A stretch of DNA of 61,228 nucleotides from Eubacteriales bacterium (GCA_050946195.1 JBMNUI010000003.1:1-61228); one strand, 5' to 3'. Positions 1-9,128 are shown, counted from the first letter of the stretch. Made by a program: numbers and translations. Notes: a model not told the origin generated them from the letters alone.

Positions 1-64
1 CAAAGTTGCCGCGAGAAAAATGCAATGTCTGGAAACCCTTTATTTATCAGTGTTTTGAATACCC

Positions 65-1465
65 CTATTTCTCAACCCTCGACATCAATGTCACGCACTC
101 AACATGCCCCGTTCTTGGGAACATATCAACCGGGGTAACCTCTCCTATTTGATATCCGAGCTCGGCGAAGAGGGCGCAGTCACGGGCGAGCGTGTCGGGG
201 GCGCAGGAGACGTAGACCACCCGGCCAATGCCGCGGCCGGCCAAATATTCAATCAGCTCAGGAGCCACACCCTTTCGCGGCGGGTCGATGACTGCAGTCA
301 CATCACCCTCAATTTCCCGCCCCAGCTCACGCTCGGCCATACCGAGCAGTCCCCCGGCATCGGCTGCGTCGCCACAATAGAATGAGGCATTCTCAATGCC
401 GTTGAGCTTTGCGTTAAATCTCGCACAGCCAACCGCCGAGGGCACGATTTCAATCCCGATTACCTCATCAAAATCGCCCGCCATCACAAGCCCGATGGTC
501 CCCGCGCCGCAGTAAAGGTCGAGCAGGGTGCCGCGGTTGGTGCCTTTGGCGCCGGTTGCCTTCTCCCGGGCAATTGTGTATAGCAACTCGGCCCCCGCAT
601 GGTTTACCTGATAAAAGGAATCGGGCGCAATTCTAAAACGCAGCCCGCATAGTACATCTTCGATATAGTCCCGCCCGGCGACAGTCACGAATTCTCGGCC
701 TAACACGACATTTGTGCGCTCTTTGTTAATATTGAGCAGCACCCCGACAATGCCCGGAAATTCTGCCATGAGCATTGAGGCGAGCTTTCTGGCACCCGGG
801 AGGAAGTCCTGATTTATAACAAGACAAACCATAATCTCGCCGGTAGCCTCGGCCAGACGCAGATATATATGCCGAAGAACTCCCTCTCCGGTAGTCTCGT
901 CATATGCGGTAATTCTGTGCTCGGTCCCGAAATTGCATATTCTGTCTGCAATATCAGCAAAGACAGCCGGCTGCAGCGGGCAGTCGACCCCGCCGGCTAT
1001 CCGGTGTGTGCCGGCAGCGTACATCCCGGCAAGCAGCCTGCCGTCAGGAGTCGAGCCGACCGGATACTGCGCCTTGTTGCGGTATCCGGTTATTGCCCCG
1101 GTCGGGCGCACCTGCTCAACTCTGACATCGGGCAGCCCGACACGCCGAAAGCAGCTTGCCACAAAGTCGCGCTTGAGTTTAAGCTCGTACTCATATATTA
1201 TATTTCTGTAAACGCAGCCTCCGCAGCCCGCGGGCGCCGTGCAAAAGGCGCGGCTTGTCCTGTGCGGCGAGGGGGTGATTATTTTCTCGCACCGCCCGAT
1301 GCAGTAGCTTTTATTCACCTTGATAATCCGGCACTCAATCACATCCCCCGCCGCAGCACCGCGCACAAAAACAACAATGCCAGAGTGGCGCCCGATGCCG
1401 TAACCCAGGTTGTTCATGTCGTTTATCTCAAGCGGTATGACGTCGTTTTTTCTCAGATCACACAT
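65..1465 (-). CDS. 23S rRNA (uracil-5-)-methyltransferase, RumA/RlmD (TrmA) family
   Basis: ORF 65..1600. TRAM-like N-terminus (VIPLEINDMNNLGYGIGRH), Cys cluster CTAPAGCGGCVY, SAM motif LLDLYCGAGTIGL, catalytic VYVSCAPDTLARD. Start moved to the internal ATG at 1465 (MCDLRKND), giving an ATGTGTGA overlap with the upstream stop. Confidence 0.85.
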   Translation of the reverse strand: MCDLRKNDVIPLEINDMNNLGYGIGRHSGIVVFVRGAAAGDVIECRIIKVNKSYCIGRCEKIITPSPHRTSRAFCTAPAGCGGCVYRNIIYEYELKLKRDFVASCFRRVGLPDVRVEQVRPTGAITGYRNKAQYPVGSTPDGRLLAGMYAAGTHRIAGGVDCPLQPAVFADIADRICNFGTEHRITAYDETTGEGVLRHIYLRLAEATGEIMVCLVINQDFLPGARKLASMLMAEFPGIVGVLLNINKERTNVVLGREFVTVAGRDYIEDVLCGLRFRIAPDSFYQVNHAGAELLYTIAREKATGAKGTNRGTLLDLYCGAGTIGLVMAGDFDEVIGIEIVPSAVGCARFNAKLNGIENASFYCGDAADAGGLLGMAERELGREIEGDVTAVIDPPRKGVAPELIEYLAGRGIGRVVYVSCAPDTLARDCALFAELGYQIGEVTPVDMFPRTGHVECVTLMSRVEK

Positions 1466-2138
1466 AAAACTCCGCGCCGTCCTCAAGCCGCAGACAGCCG
1501 ACTCTCCCGCCCCGCGCCGCGCCGCAGTCAAGCGCGATGCAGCCCTCGGTCTTAAATATTCTCCCCGGGACCGCCCCCGGGATTTTTTCGGTCGGCACAT
1601 GTCCGGCGATTATAATCTTGTTGTCGAAGTATTTTTTGTTCCAGTCCAGCGGGTCCGCGAACATCTCGTCGGGGGTAGGCTGACCTCCCGAGGCAAGGCT
1701 GCCCAGTCCGGCATGGACCAGCAGGTATTCCCTTCCCTTGACCTTGATGTTGTCGTAGAGCAGCATATCCGAGAGATAGTCCAAAACTCCCTCCTTCATC
1801 TCGCTGTCGAGTTTCCGGTAGCCGTCAAGCGTGGGCTTGCCGCCGTCGGCCACCCAGTCGTTCATCTGCCTGACAAAGGCCGAATCGGGAGTTTTACCCT
1901 GTTGAATCAACTTCTCAAAATTCGAGAGCAGCCGCGCGGCGGTGTAGTCGTGTTCTCCGGCAATGGCATAAACATTGTATCTCATGCTCAGGTCGCAGAT
2001 AAGCTCGATCGGCTCCTCGCCGTAGTCGACAATATCCCCCAGTACATACAAAACATCGCTGCTTTTGAACTTAATCTGCCTGAGCAGCTCCATGAATTCG
2101 GAGTAGCACCCGTGAAGGTTAGCCGTAAGGTAGGTCAT
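1458..2138 (-). CDS. Metallophosphoesterase (calcineurin-like Ser/Thr phosphatase / Ap4A hydrolase type)
   Basis: Motifs VLGDIVDYG, AGEHD, LLVHAGL, IIIAGHVP. Tightly packed in a minus-strand operon. Confidence 0.8.
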   Translation of the reverse strand: MTYLTANLHGCYSEFMELLRQIKFKSSDVLYVLGDIVDYGEEPIELICDLSMRYNVYAIAGEHDYTAARLLSNFEKLIQQGKTPDSAFVRQMNDWVADGGKPTLDGYRKLDSEMKEGVLDYLSDMLLYDNIKVKGREYLLVHAGLGSLASGGQPTPDEMFADPLDWNKKYFDNKIIIAGHVPTEKIPGAVPGRIFKTEGCIALDCGAARGGRVGCLRLEDGAEFYV

Positions 2139-2173
2139 AAATGTTCCTTTCTTTTGCCTGTCAGGCCGCCGGG

Positions 2174-2941
2174 CTATATCAGCTCAATCCGGCAGCTTTT
2201 CATATAAACTGTTTCAATGGTACCGTCGGCCTGTGATATAAGCTCGGCCAGCCGGCGGCAGACCGGGTCCTCGGTATAGAAATGCCCGGCTTCGATAAGG
2301 TTCAGCCCCACCTCCCCGGCAGCCATCATCTCATGATAACCTATCCGGCCGCTGACAAGCGTGTCGGCCCCCGCCGCAAGAGCCGCCGGGATGTAGTCCC
2401 CTCCGCTGCCCCCGACTACAGCCACCTTTGACACCGGACGCCCGCAGCCCGAGACCAGCAGCGACGGGGCGGCAAGTGCCGATTTGACCATCTCGGCAAA
2501 GACCCAAAGCTCAAGAGGATGTTCGGTTTTACCTATCCGCCCGAGGTTGTCGTTCTCAATTCCGAAGGGTGTGATGTCGGACAGCCTCAGCAGGCCGGCG
2601 AGGATTTCGTTAACCCCGCCGGGGATGGCGTCAAGCCGCGTGTGAAAGGACATGACCGAAATCCCGGCACGTGTGAGTTTTATCACCTTTGCGGCAGTCG
2701 CGTCGTCGGGTGTGATTGCACCAAGCGGCCTGAATATCAGCGGGTGGTGGGTGATAATGAGGTCAAAACCTCCTCTTATAGCCTCGTCTGCCACCTCGCT
2801 GGTGACATCGAGCGCGACAAGCACCCGCCGCACCTCGCGTCCCGGGTCGGGGCAAACCATCAGCCCGTCACGGTCGCCCACGAGCGTGTATGACGGGGGT
2901 ATTGTTTTGTCAAGATAATTGTAAAGTTCCTTGATATTCAT
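2174..2941 (-). CDS. Nif3-like dinuclear metal centre protein (YqfO family)
   Basis: Motifs LIITHHPLIFRP, VVGGSGGDY, IEAGHFYTEDP. Sits downstream of trmK, as in the B. subtilis yqfN-yqfO arrangement. Confidence 0.85.
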   Translation of the reverse strand: MNIKELYNYLDKTIPPSYTLVGDRDGLMVCPDPGREVRRVLVALDVTSEVADEAIRGGFDLIITHHPLIFRPLGAITPDDATAAKVIKLTRAGISVMSFHTRLDAIPGGVNEILAGLLRLSDITPFGIENDNLGRIGKTEHPLELWVFAEMVKSALAAPSLLVSGCGRPVSKVAVVGGSGGDYIPAALAAGADTLVSGRIGYHEMMAAGEVGLNLIEAGHFYTEDPVCRRLAELISQADGTIETVYMKSCRIELI

Positions 2942-2971
2942 ATAAACCTCGCACGAGTTTAATACTTCTGT

Positions 2972-3667
2972 TTAAAATCCAAGCGAGTCGAGAGCGGCGA
3001 GCACCTCATCTTCCTCAGATGTGTCAAGTCCCCCCCTTGCTTTGGCAGATTTGCGGCGGCTGTATTTTGCTTTGAGTTGCCCGACGTACCGGCGGGTAAG
3101 CTCGTCGCCGCGCGCGATGTTGTGCCTGCCTAAAAGCAGCTCGGCGGTATTATATATGTCCCCGCGGCCATCGTATTCGGCGCAGATTGTCTGGTAAATC
3201 CGCCTGGCGGCCTCGCTCATGGCCTCGTCGATTATGTTAAAGCCGTTGCCGAGCAGGTATTCACGCAGCTCGGCACGCCGAGTCATGGGCTGGAGTATCA
3301 GGCGGATTTGAGAATCTCTGACCCACACAGCCCTGTCAATTATCGAGGTTATAAGCTCGCCGCCCATACCGAAAACAATAATGTCCTGTGGGCGATATTT
3401 TTCAATTCCCGCAAGACCATCTGCCAGAACTAAAGAAATTTTGCCTGAGAGGCCGTATCTCTCAACCGTTTTGGCGGCCGAGCGCAGCGGTCCTTCTCTG
3501 ATGTCGGTCGCCACGGCGCCTTGAGCCCTGCCGGTGAGCAGCAGCCAGACCGGAAGGTAGGCATGGTCGGTCCCTATATCTGCTATAACGCCGCCCCGCA
3601 CAAACGGGGCGGCGCTCATGAGCCGCCCGTCGGGCTTCGGCGGCGTCATTGGAATATTCTGCTTCAT
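2972..3667 (-). CDS. trmK: tRNA (adenine22-N1)-methyltransferase TrmK
   Basis: ORF 2972..3787. Motifs VIADIGTDHAYLPVWLL and IIVFGMGGELI. Start placed at the ATG at 3667 (MKQNIP), which forms an ATGA overlap with the upstream stop. Confidence 0.8.
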   Translation of the reverse strand: MKQNIPMTPPKPDGRLMSAAPFVRGGVIADIGTDHAYLPVWLLLTGRAQGAVATDIREGPLRSAAKTVERYGLSGKISLVLADGLAGIEKYRPQDIIVFGMGGELITSIIDRAVWVRDSQIRLILQPMTRRAELREYLLGNGFNIIDEAMSEAARRIYQTICAEYDGRGDIYNTAELLLGRHNIARGDELTRRYVGQLKAKYSRRKSAKARGGLDTSEEDEVLAALDSLGF

Positions 3668-3873
3668 TTCTTTCCGGCGTCTGCCAGATATTCGTTGATC
3701 TTCTTTACCAGCTCGTCGGGGTCGGTGCCGTGAACCTCGCAGGCCTCGGCAATGCTCTCGCCGCGTGAGGCCGGGCAGCCCAGACAATGCATCCCGATTT
3801 CAAAAAAGAATTTTGCGGTGTTGATGTCATGGTCGAGGACATCCCCTATCAGCGAATCCTTGGTTACCTGCAT
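3664..3873 (-). CDS. DUF1858 / hybrid-cluster-protein-associated redox disulfide domain protein
   Basis: 69 aa with IGMHCLGCPASRGESIAEAC, typical of the family. First gene of the 3873->65 operon. Confidence 0.7.
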   Translation of the reverse strand: MQVTKDSLIGDVLDHDINTAKFFFEIGMHCLGCPASRGESIAEACEVHGTDPDELVKKINEYLADAGKK

Positions 3874-3909
3874 GATAATTTATCTCCTTTATATTTATTT
3901 CCAATTGAT

Positions 3910-3938
3910 ATTATAAATCCAAAAGGGTCGGTTGTCAA
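3910..3938 (-). promoter_or_regulatory. Sigma-A type promoter for the DUF1858-trmK-nif3-phosphoesterase-rumA operon
   Basis: Minus strand reads TTGACA, a 17-nt spacer, then TATAAT. About 35 nt upstream of RBS AAAGGAG and the ATG at 3873. Confidence 0.7.
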
Positions 3939-3980
3939 CAGAAAGCTCAATTAGTCTCTGAAGCATACATGAAAAAGCTA

Positions 3981-4010
3981 TTGCAAAGCCGGGGCGGCAT
4001 ATGGTATAAT
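3981..4010 (+). promoter_or_regulatory. Sigma-A type promoter upstream of prfB
   Basis: TTGCAA, an 18-nt spacer, then TATAAT (4005..4010). Divergent from the 3910..3938 promoter. Confidence 0.55.
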
Positions 4011-4122
4011 GAAACGCCGGCAGACCAAAAAAGCACCGGCAACTGCGATTATTTTTCTGCCTTATCGGCACAATTTAACCGGCATAACATATGAAATTTA
4101 AGCAAAGGATTTGACATAAACC

Positions 4123-5241
4123 ATGATTATTGCGCTTGAAGAAGCAAAATACAAACTTGAGGCGCTGCGCGACGAACTGAAGGAGCTCGGTTCGGCGCTG
4201 CGGGTTGACGATCTGAGGACCGAGGTCGCCGAGCTTGAGCAGGAGACGCTAAAGCAGGATTTCTGGGCGAGCAAGGAGAATTCCTCAAGCGTGCTGCGGG
4301 CAATAAAACAGAAAAAAGACCGGGTCGAGGGTTACGATTTACTATGCGCACGGCTTGAGGACGCTATTGCGCTCTGCGAGATGGCTATAGAGGAAAACGA
4401 CGAGAGCTCTGTGGAGGACGTGCTCGGGGAACTTCGCGCAATCGAGCGCGAGTGTGAACAGAAGCGGATTGAGGTGCTCCTCTCGGGCGAATACGACAAG
4501 AACAACGCCATAGTCTCCTTCCACCCGGGCGCCGGCGGCACCGAGGCACAGGACTGGGCGCAGATGCTCTACCGGATGATCTGCCGCTGGACCGAGCGCC
4601 ACAATTACAAGGTCAAGCTCACCGACTGGCTGGACGGCGAGGAGGCCGGGCTCAAGAGTGCGACTATTGTGGTCGAAGGGCCTAATGCATACGGGTATTT
4701 GAAAAGCGAGCACGGTATTCACAGACTGGTCAGGGTCTCGCCCTTCGATGCCTCGGGCCGCAGGCATACCTCGTTTGCCTCGATTGAGGTAATCCCTGAA
4801 TTTGAAGAGCTTGACGAGATTGTCATACGCGACGAGGACATTGATTTTGAAACCTACCACTCGAGCGGCGCCGGCGGGCAGAATGTCAATAAGGTCAGCT
4901 CGGCAGTCCGGATAACTCATATCCCTACCGGAATTGTCGTCACCTGTCAGACCGAGCGGTCGCAGCTTCAGAACAGGGAAACCGCGCTGCGGATGCTCAA
5001 GGCAAGGCTGATGGAAATTAAGATACGCGAGCGGCTTGAGACAATCGAGGATATCCGCGGCGTCAAGACCAACATCGAATGGGGCAACCAGATACGCTCA
5101 TATGTATTTATGCCCTACACGCTGGTCAAGGATACACGCACCGGTTATGAGGACGCTGATATAAACGCAGTAATGGACGGCGAAATAGACGGCTTTATCA
5201 ACGCTTATCTGAAAATGATTGTAAAACAAAACGAAAAATAG
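4123..5241 (+). CDS. prfB: Peptide chain release factor 2 (single uninterrupted ORF)
   Basis: RF2-specific SPF (RVSPFDASGRRHTSF) and GGQ (SGAGGQNVNKVSSAVRITHIPTG) motifs. Full length, 372 aa. Confidence 0.92.
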   Translation: MIIALEEAKYKLEALRDELKELGSALRVDDLRTEVAELEQETLKQDFWASKENSSSVLRAIKQKKDRVEGYDLLCARLEDAIALCEMAIEENDESSVEDVLGELRAIERECEQKRIEVLLSGEYDKNNAIVSFHPGAGGTEAQDWAQMLYRMICRWTERHNYKVKLTDWLDGEEAGLKSATIVVEGPNAYGYLKSEHGIHRLVRVSPFDASGRRHTSFASIEVIPEFEELDEIVIRDEDIDFETYHSSGAGGQNVNKVSSAVRITHIPTGIVVTCQTERSQLQNRETALRMLKARLMEIKIRERLETIEDIRGVKTNIEWGNQIRSYVFMPYTLVKDTRTGYEDADINAVMDGEIDGFINAYLKMIVKQNEK

Positions 5242-5251
5242 CACAATGAAT

Positions 5252-5287
5252 CAGCCGCCGGCGGGATGTAAAACCCGCCGGCGGCTG
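5252..5287. terminator. GC-rich hairpin between convergent prfB and the acyl-CoA ligase gene
   Basis: CAGCCGCCGGCGGG-atgtaaaa-CCCGCCGGCGGCTG. No clear U-tract on either side. Confidence 0.45.
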
Positions 5288-5317
5288 AACAGTCAGCTTC
5301 GGTTTCAGCTATTCAAA

Positions 5318-5366
5318 GGCTTTGAAAGTTTTTGAAGGGGGCCGGGGGATACTTTTTCCCCCGGCG
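5318..5366 (+). repeat. Intergenic repeat family, copy A (internally deleted)
   Basis: GGCTTTGAAAGTTTTTGAAG followed by the GC hairpin GGGGCCGGGGG...CCCCCGG. Matches the 5' and 3' modules of copies B-E and lacks the middle hairpin. Confidence 0.55.
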
Positions 5367-5373
5367 TTCCTTT

Positions 5374-7011
5374 TCATTCAAGCTCAATCTGCGTAGCGAC
5401 AATTCTCTTGCCGCAGTATTTTTCGCGCAGTCTGGGCTTTTCTATTTTCCCGGTCGGGTTGCGCGGAATCTTATCAAAGATTATCTTTCTCGGGCGCTTG
5501 TATCTCGGCAGTCTGAGGCAGAACTTGTTCAGCTCGGCTTCTGTAAGACTGCACCCCGGCTTTGCCTCGACAATTGCCGCGGCAATCTCGCCCAGCCTGT
5601 GGTCGGGCAGCCCGATTACCGCCACATCCTTGACGGCGTCATGCCTGCGGATGTAGTTTTCGATTTCAACCGGGTAGATATTCTCGCCCCCCGTGATAAT
5701 GACGTCTTTCTTGCGGTCGACAAGGAATATAAAGCCGTCCTCGTCCTCGAAGGCCATGTCCCCGGTCAGCAGCCAGCCGTCCTTCAGCACCTCGTCGGTG
5801 GCGGCCTGATTCTTGTAGTAGCAGACCATGACCCCCGGGCCCTTCACGCAGAGCTCGCCGATTTCCCCCCGCGGCAGGGTGTTGCCGTTGCTGTCGATGA
5901 TTTTTGTCTCCCAGCCGTACCCGGCTTTGCCTATCGCACCGACCTTGTGGATGTTCTCGATTCCCAGATGTACGCAGCCCGGTCCGGTGGACTCCGAGAG
6001 GCCGTAATTCGTGTCGTAATCGTGGCTCGGGAAATGCCGCTTCCAGCGCTTTATAAGTGAAGGCGGCACCGGCTGGGCGCCGATGTGCATCAGGCGCCAC
6101 TGGGCGAGGGTGTAGTCCTCAAGATTTATCTGCCCGCTCTCGATGCTGTCGAGTATGTCCTGCGCCCAGGGTACAAGCAGCCAGACGATGGTGCACCTCT
6201 CCTCGGAAACCGTGCGGATAATCCACTCGGGCTTGACACCTTTGAGGAGCACCGTGCGCCCGCCGACAAGCAGGTTGCCGAACCAGTGCATTTTGGCGCC
6301 GGTATGGTAGAGCGGCGGGATGCATAGGAAAACATCCTCGTGTGTCTGGCCGTGGTGCGCCTGCTCTGTGAGGCAGGCATGCATCAGCGCCCGGTGGGTG
6401 TGAAGTATGGCCTTTGGGAATCCGGTTGTCCCTGAGGAAAAATATATCGCCGCCAAGTTGTCGTCCGAGAGCTTTATGTCGGGTGCGCGGGAGGTCGTGT
6501 AGGTGATGAGCTTGTTGTAGCTCTCGGCGAAGGTCGGGCAGTCGTCGCCGACATAAAAGCGGTATTTCACGCGCGTCAGGCAGTCGAAGATCTGCTCGAC
6601 TCGCCCGACAAACTCGGGACCGAAGACCAGTACGTCGACGTCGGCAAGTTCGGCGCAGTATTTGATTTCCTCGGCGGTATAGCGGAAGTTCATCGGCACG
6701 GCGAGCGCACCTGTCTTGAGAATCCCGAAATAGATAGGCAGCCACTCAAGGCAGTTCATGAGCAGAATTGCTACCTTGTCGCCTTTTTTTATTCCGCGCG
6801 AGAGCAAAAGATTTGCAAAGCGGTTTGCCCGCTGCTCAAATTCCCCCCAGGTAAGCTCGGTGCGGAAGGGGCGGTAGAAACTCGCTTCAATCAGCGAATA
6901 TTCCTTCCATGTCACCTGTTTTTCCTCGGGCAGCGCGGGGTTTATCTCGACAATCGCCACCTCATCGCGGTAGAGCGCAGCATTCTGCGCCAAGAGTTCG
7001 GTAATAGGCAT
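5374..7011 (-). CDS. AMP-forming acyl-CoA synthetase/ligase (class I adenylate-forming enzyme), substrate unknown
   Basis: Motifs YFSSGTTGFPKAI, TGDMAFEDEDGFIFLVDRKKDVIITGGENIYP, PRNPTGKIEK. RBS GGAAGGA. Only 19 nt after the symporter stop. Confidence 0.9.
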   Translation of the reverse strand: MPITELLAQNAALYRDEVAIVEINPALPEEKQVTWKEYSLIEASFYRPFRTELTWGEFEQRANRFANLLLSRGIKKGDKVAILLMNCLEWLPIYFGILKTGALAVPMNFRYTAEEIKYCAELADVDVLVFGPEFVGRVEQIFDCLTRVKYRFYVGDDCPTFAESYNKLITYTTSRAPDIKLSDDNLAAIYFSSGTTGFPKAILHTHRALMHACLTEQAHHGQTHEDVFLCIPPLYHTGAKMHWFGNLLVGGRTVLLKGVKPEWIIRTVSEERCTIVWLLVPWAQDILDSIESGQINLEDYTLAQWRLMHIGAQPVPPSLIKRWKRHFPSHDYDTNYGLSESTGPGCVHLGIENIHKVGAIGKAGYGWETKIIDSNGNTLPRGEIGELCVKGPGVMVCYYKNQAATDEVLKDGWLLTGDMAFEDEDGFIFLVDRKKDVIITGGENIYPVEIENYIRRHDAVKDVAVIGLPDHRLGEIAAAIVEAKPGCSLTEAELNKFCLRLPRYKRPRKIIFDKIPRNPTGKIEKPRLREKYCGKRIVATQIELE

Positions 7012-7030
7012 TTTTTTATCCTTCCTTGGC

Positions 7031-8581
7031 TTATGTGTTGATTTTTACAGCTTTTTCTTTACTCCCATATCCCGCAAAGGCCGACTCGACCACCGCCTTG
7101 TCGGGTGCCCTGGTCAGAAGGCTCACTATCGGCACGATTAAGAGGCCGGCAAGCATGGCAAACACGCCGCAGTTAATGGGAGACCTGAGCAGGGCCGGGA
7201 AATGGTTCCTGAAAAGCATGTTCAGCACCATAATACCGACCGCAAACCCGAAGGATGCCCATGCGGCGGCCTTGGTTGTACGCTTCCAGTAGAGGCAGTA
7301 GAGGAAGGGTGCCAGAAACGCGCCGGCGAGCGCTCCCCAGGAAATTCCCATGAGCTGAGCTATGTACTCGTAATTATACTTATACTGAAGAATGGCTATT
7401 GCGGCCGACAACGAAATGAAGACGACTATCAGCAGGCGCATGATGCCTATCTGCTGCCGCTCGCTCATGCGCTTTATCAGGTTGCCCCTGATAAGGTCGA
7501 TGGTCACGGTCGAGCTCGAGGCCATTACAAGAGACGAGAGGGTCGACATCGAGGCAGAGAGCACAAGAATCACCACAACGCCGATAAGCACCGGGCTGAA
7601 GTTGCTGAGCATTGTCGGAACAATCGAATCGAATCCTGAGACCGGGTTGCCGTCGGGACCGACCTCGATATCAAACAGGCGCCCGAAGCCGCCGAGGAAA
7701 TAGCAGCCGCCGGCAACAAAAAGGGCAAATACAGTCGAGATGACCGCCCCTCTTTTTATGGCGCCCTCATCCCTTATCGAGTAGAATTTGTTGACCATCT
7801 GGGGCAGCCCCCAGGTGCCGAGCGAGGTCAGAAGGACGACAAAAAGCAGCGTTTTGGGATCGGGCCCGAATACCGACGCAAAGGCCCCAGGCCCGGCGCC
7901 TTCGACAGAGATTTCAGACATCTTTGAGACCGCCTCGACAAGCCCTCCTTGGGACTTGAGCACCGCAGAAACAACCGCGATAATGCCCCCCAGCATGATT
8001 GTTGCCTGTATCGAATCGTTGATAACCTGCGCCATATACCCGCCGAGCACCACATACACGCAGGTGAGGGCCGACATGAGGATAATGCACCAGACATAGT
8101 CGATGCCGAAGGCCATGCCGAACAGGCGTGACAGGCCGTTGTAAAGCGAGGCGGAATAGGGAATCAGGAAAATAAATACTATTATCGACGCCCCGATTTT
8201 AAGGCCTTTGCTCGCAAGACGCTTGCCGAAAAATTCGGGCATCGTTCTTGAGTCAAGCAGCTGGGTCATAATGCGGGTCCTGCGGCCGAGGATCATCCAG
8301 GCAAGCAGCGAGCCGATAATGGCGTTTCCGATCCCAATCCAGACCGCAGATAGTCCGAATCTCCACCCGAACTGTCCGGCATAACCCACAAAGATAACCG
8401 CCGAAAAATAGGTCGTACCGTATGACAGAGCGGTAAGCCAGGGGCCGACCGCTCGCCCGCCCAGCACAAAACTGTTGACATTAACCGAATGGCGGCGGCA
8501 ACGTACGCCGACATAGACCATGACGGCAAAGAACACCACCACCATCGAGATTTTGACAAGCATTGCAAGTTGGTCTGACAT
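7031..8581 (-). CDS. Sodium:solute symporter (SSS family) permease
   Basis: ORF 7031..8668. Multi-TM protein with the SSS-like motif GGRAVGPWLTALSYGTTYFSAVIFVGYAGQFG. Start set at the ATG at 8581 (MSDQLAM), preceded by GAAAGGAAGGA. The longer ORF would run into the T-box terminator. Confidence 0.85.
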   Translation of the reverse strand: MSDQLAMLVKISMVVVFFAVMVYVGVRCRRHSVNVNSFVLGGRAVGPWLTALSYGTTYFSAVIFVGYAGQFGWRFGLSAVWIGIGNAIIGSLLAWMILGRRTRIMTQLLDSRTMPEFFGKRLASKGLKIGASIIVFIFLIPYSASLYNGLSRLFGMAFGIDYVWCIILMSALTCVYVVLGGYMAQVINDSIQATIMLGGIIAVVSAVLKSQGGLVEAVSKMSEISVEGAGPGAFASVFGPDPKTLLFVVLLTSLGTWGLPQMVNKFYSIRDEGAIKRGAVISTVFALFVAGGCYFLGGFGRLFDIEVGPDGNPVSGFDSIVPTMLSNFSPVLIGVVVILVLSASMSTLSSLVMASSSTVTIDLIRGNLIKRMSERQQIGIMRLLIVVFISLSAAIAILQYKYNYEYIAQLMGISWGALAGAFLAPFLYCLYWKRTTKAAAWASFGFAVGIMVLNMLFRNHFPALLRSPINCGVFAMLAGLLIVPIVSLLTRAPDKAVVESAFAGYGSKEKAVKINT

Positions 8582-8599
8582 CGCTATCCTTCCTTTCAG

Positions 8600-8932
8600 G
8601 CTTTGGCGTCGGAGGACCATAAAAAAAGTCCTCCGTATCGCTTGATACAGAGGACGACACAAAAGCAAAGTGCCGTGTTACCACCTCAATTCGCTGCAGT
8701 CTCGCGGCTGCAACCTCGCCGGGTACGTGAACCACAGTTCATTATACCCCTCCGCGCTAACGGGCGGTCCCGTCGCACCCTACTGATACCCCGGGGCTCT
8801 GCCCGGGTACTTTCAGGCCGCTGCTCTCGGGATGTATTCAGTCAGCCTGTCCCTGCCGCCTCGCACCACCCGGCGGCTCTCTGCCCCGGACCAGGGCTGA
8901 CTTACTTCTTCCCGGTCATCGCATTTAATTTG
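8600..8932 (-). promoter_or_regulatory. T-box riboswitch leader, specifier UAC (Tyr)
   Basis: Minus strand reads TGCGATGA (GA/K-turn), AGTA box, CAGAGAG (AG bulge) and GGTGGTGCGA (distal loop). Specifier loop is TGAA-TAC-A, with the codon at 8836..8834. T-box sequence is AATTGAGGTGGTAACACGG (8691..8673), followed by a terminator. Confidence 0.85.
8621..8655 (-). terminator. T-box attenuator terminator
   Basis: Minus strand reads GTCCTCTGTATC-AAGC-GATACGGAGGAC (12 bp including one G-U) followed by TTTTTTT, about 40 nt before the symporter ATG. Confidence 0.85.
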
Positions 8933-8938
8933 GCATAC

Positions 8939-8967
8939 ATTATATCATCAGTCAAAGCACTTGTCAA
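8939..8967 (-). promoter_or_regulatory. Sigma-A promoter of the T-box operon
   Basis: Minus strand reads TTGACA, a 17-nt spacer, then TATAAT, immediately upstream of the T-box 5' end. Confidence 0.75.
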
Positions 8968-9081
8968 CTGCAAATCTTAATTTTTACGAATTTTTTTAGC
9001 CCACCCTGTCTGTAAGAAGTTCGGGTGCCGGCCTCAGTAAAAAATTCCCCGGTGGGAGTATGTAAAATATCTTTAAAGGTA

Positions 9082-9110
9082 TTGACAACCCGGCAATTTC
9101 GGGCTATAAT
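9082..9110 (+). promoter_or_regulatory. Sigma-A promoter of the tRNA gene
   Basis: TTGACA, a 17-nt spacer, then TATAAT, 18 nt before the tRNA 5' end. Confidence 0.8.
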
Positions 9111-9128
9111 GTTTAAGCTGCAAAAGTC

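Noticed and set aside
65-1600. N-terminal extensions given by the longest-ORF calls (65..1600, 2972..3787, 7031..8668, 37403..38314, 48895..50073, 55485..55835, 57054..57659 and others).
   Set aside because: The extensions overlap the upstream gene or a terminator and are Arg-rich junk. Internal ATG or GTG codons with SD sequences, or ATGA/TAATG coupling overlaps, give family-typical N-termini.
4123-5241. Programmed +1 frameshift site expected in many prfB genes (CTT TGA C near codon 25).
   Set aside because: The region encoding ...LKELGSALRVDDLRTEV... is one continuous frame with no in-frame TGA and no CTTTGAC. This is an RF2 gene of the non-frameshifting type.
5252-5287. Strong GC hairpin after prfB as a classical intrinsic terminator.
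   Set aside because: Kept only as a low-confidence feature. It lacks a U-tract on either strand, so termination may depend on the adjacent repeat copy A hairpin with its T-run (about 5341..5366) or on Rho.
8603-8980. 125-aa + strand ORF in the symporter upstream region.
   Set aside because: It lies entirely antisense to the T-box leader, whose conserved RNA motifs explain the sequence. It has no RBS.
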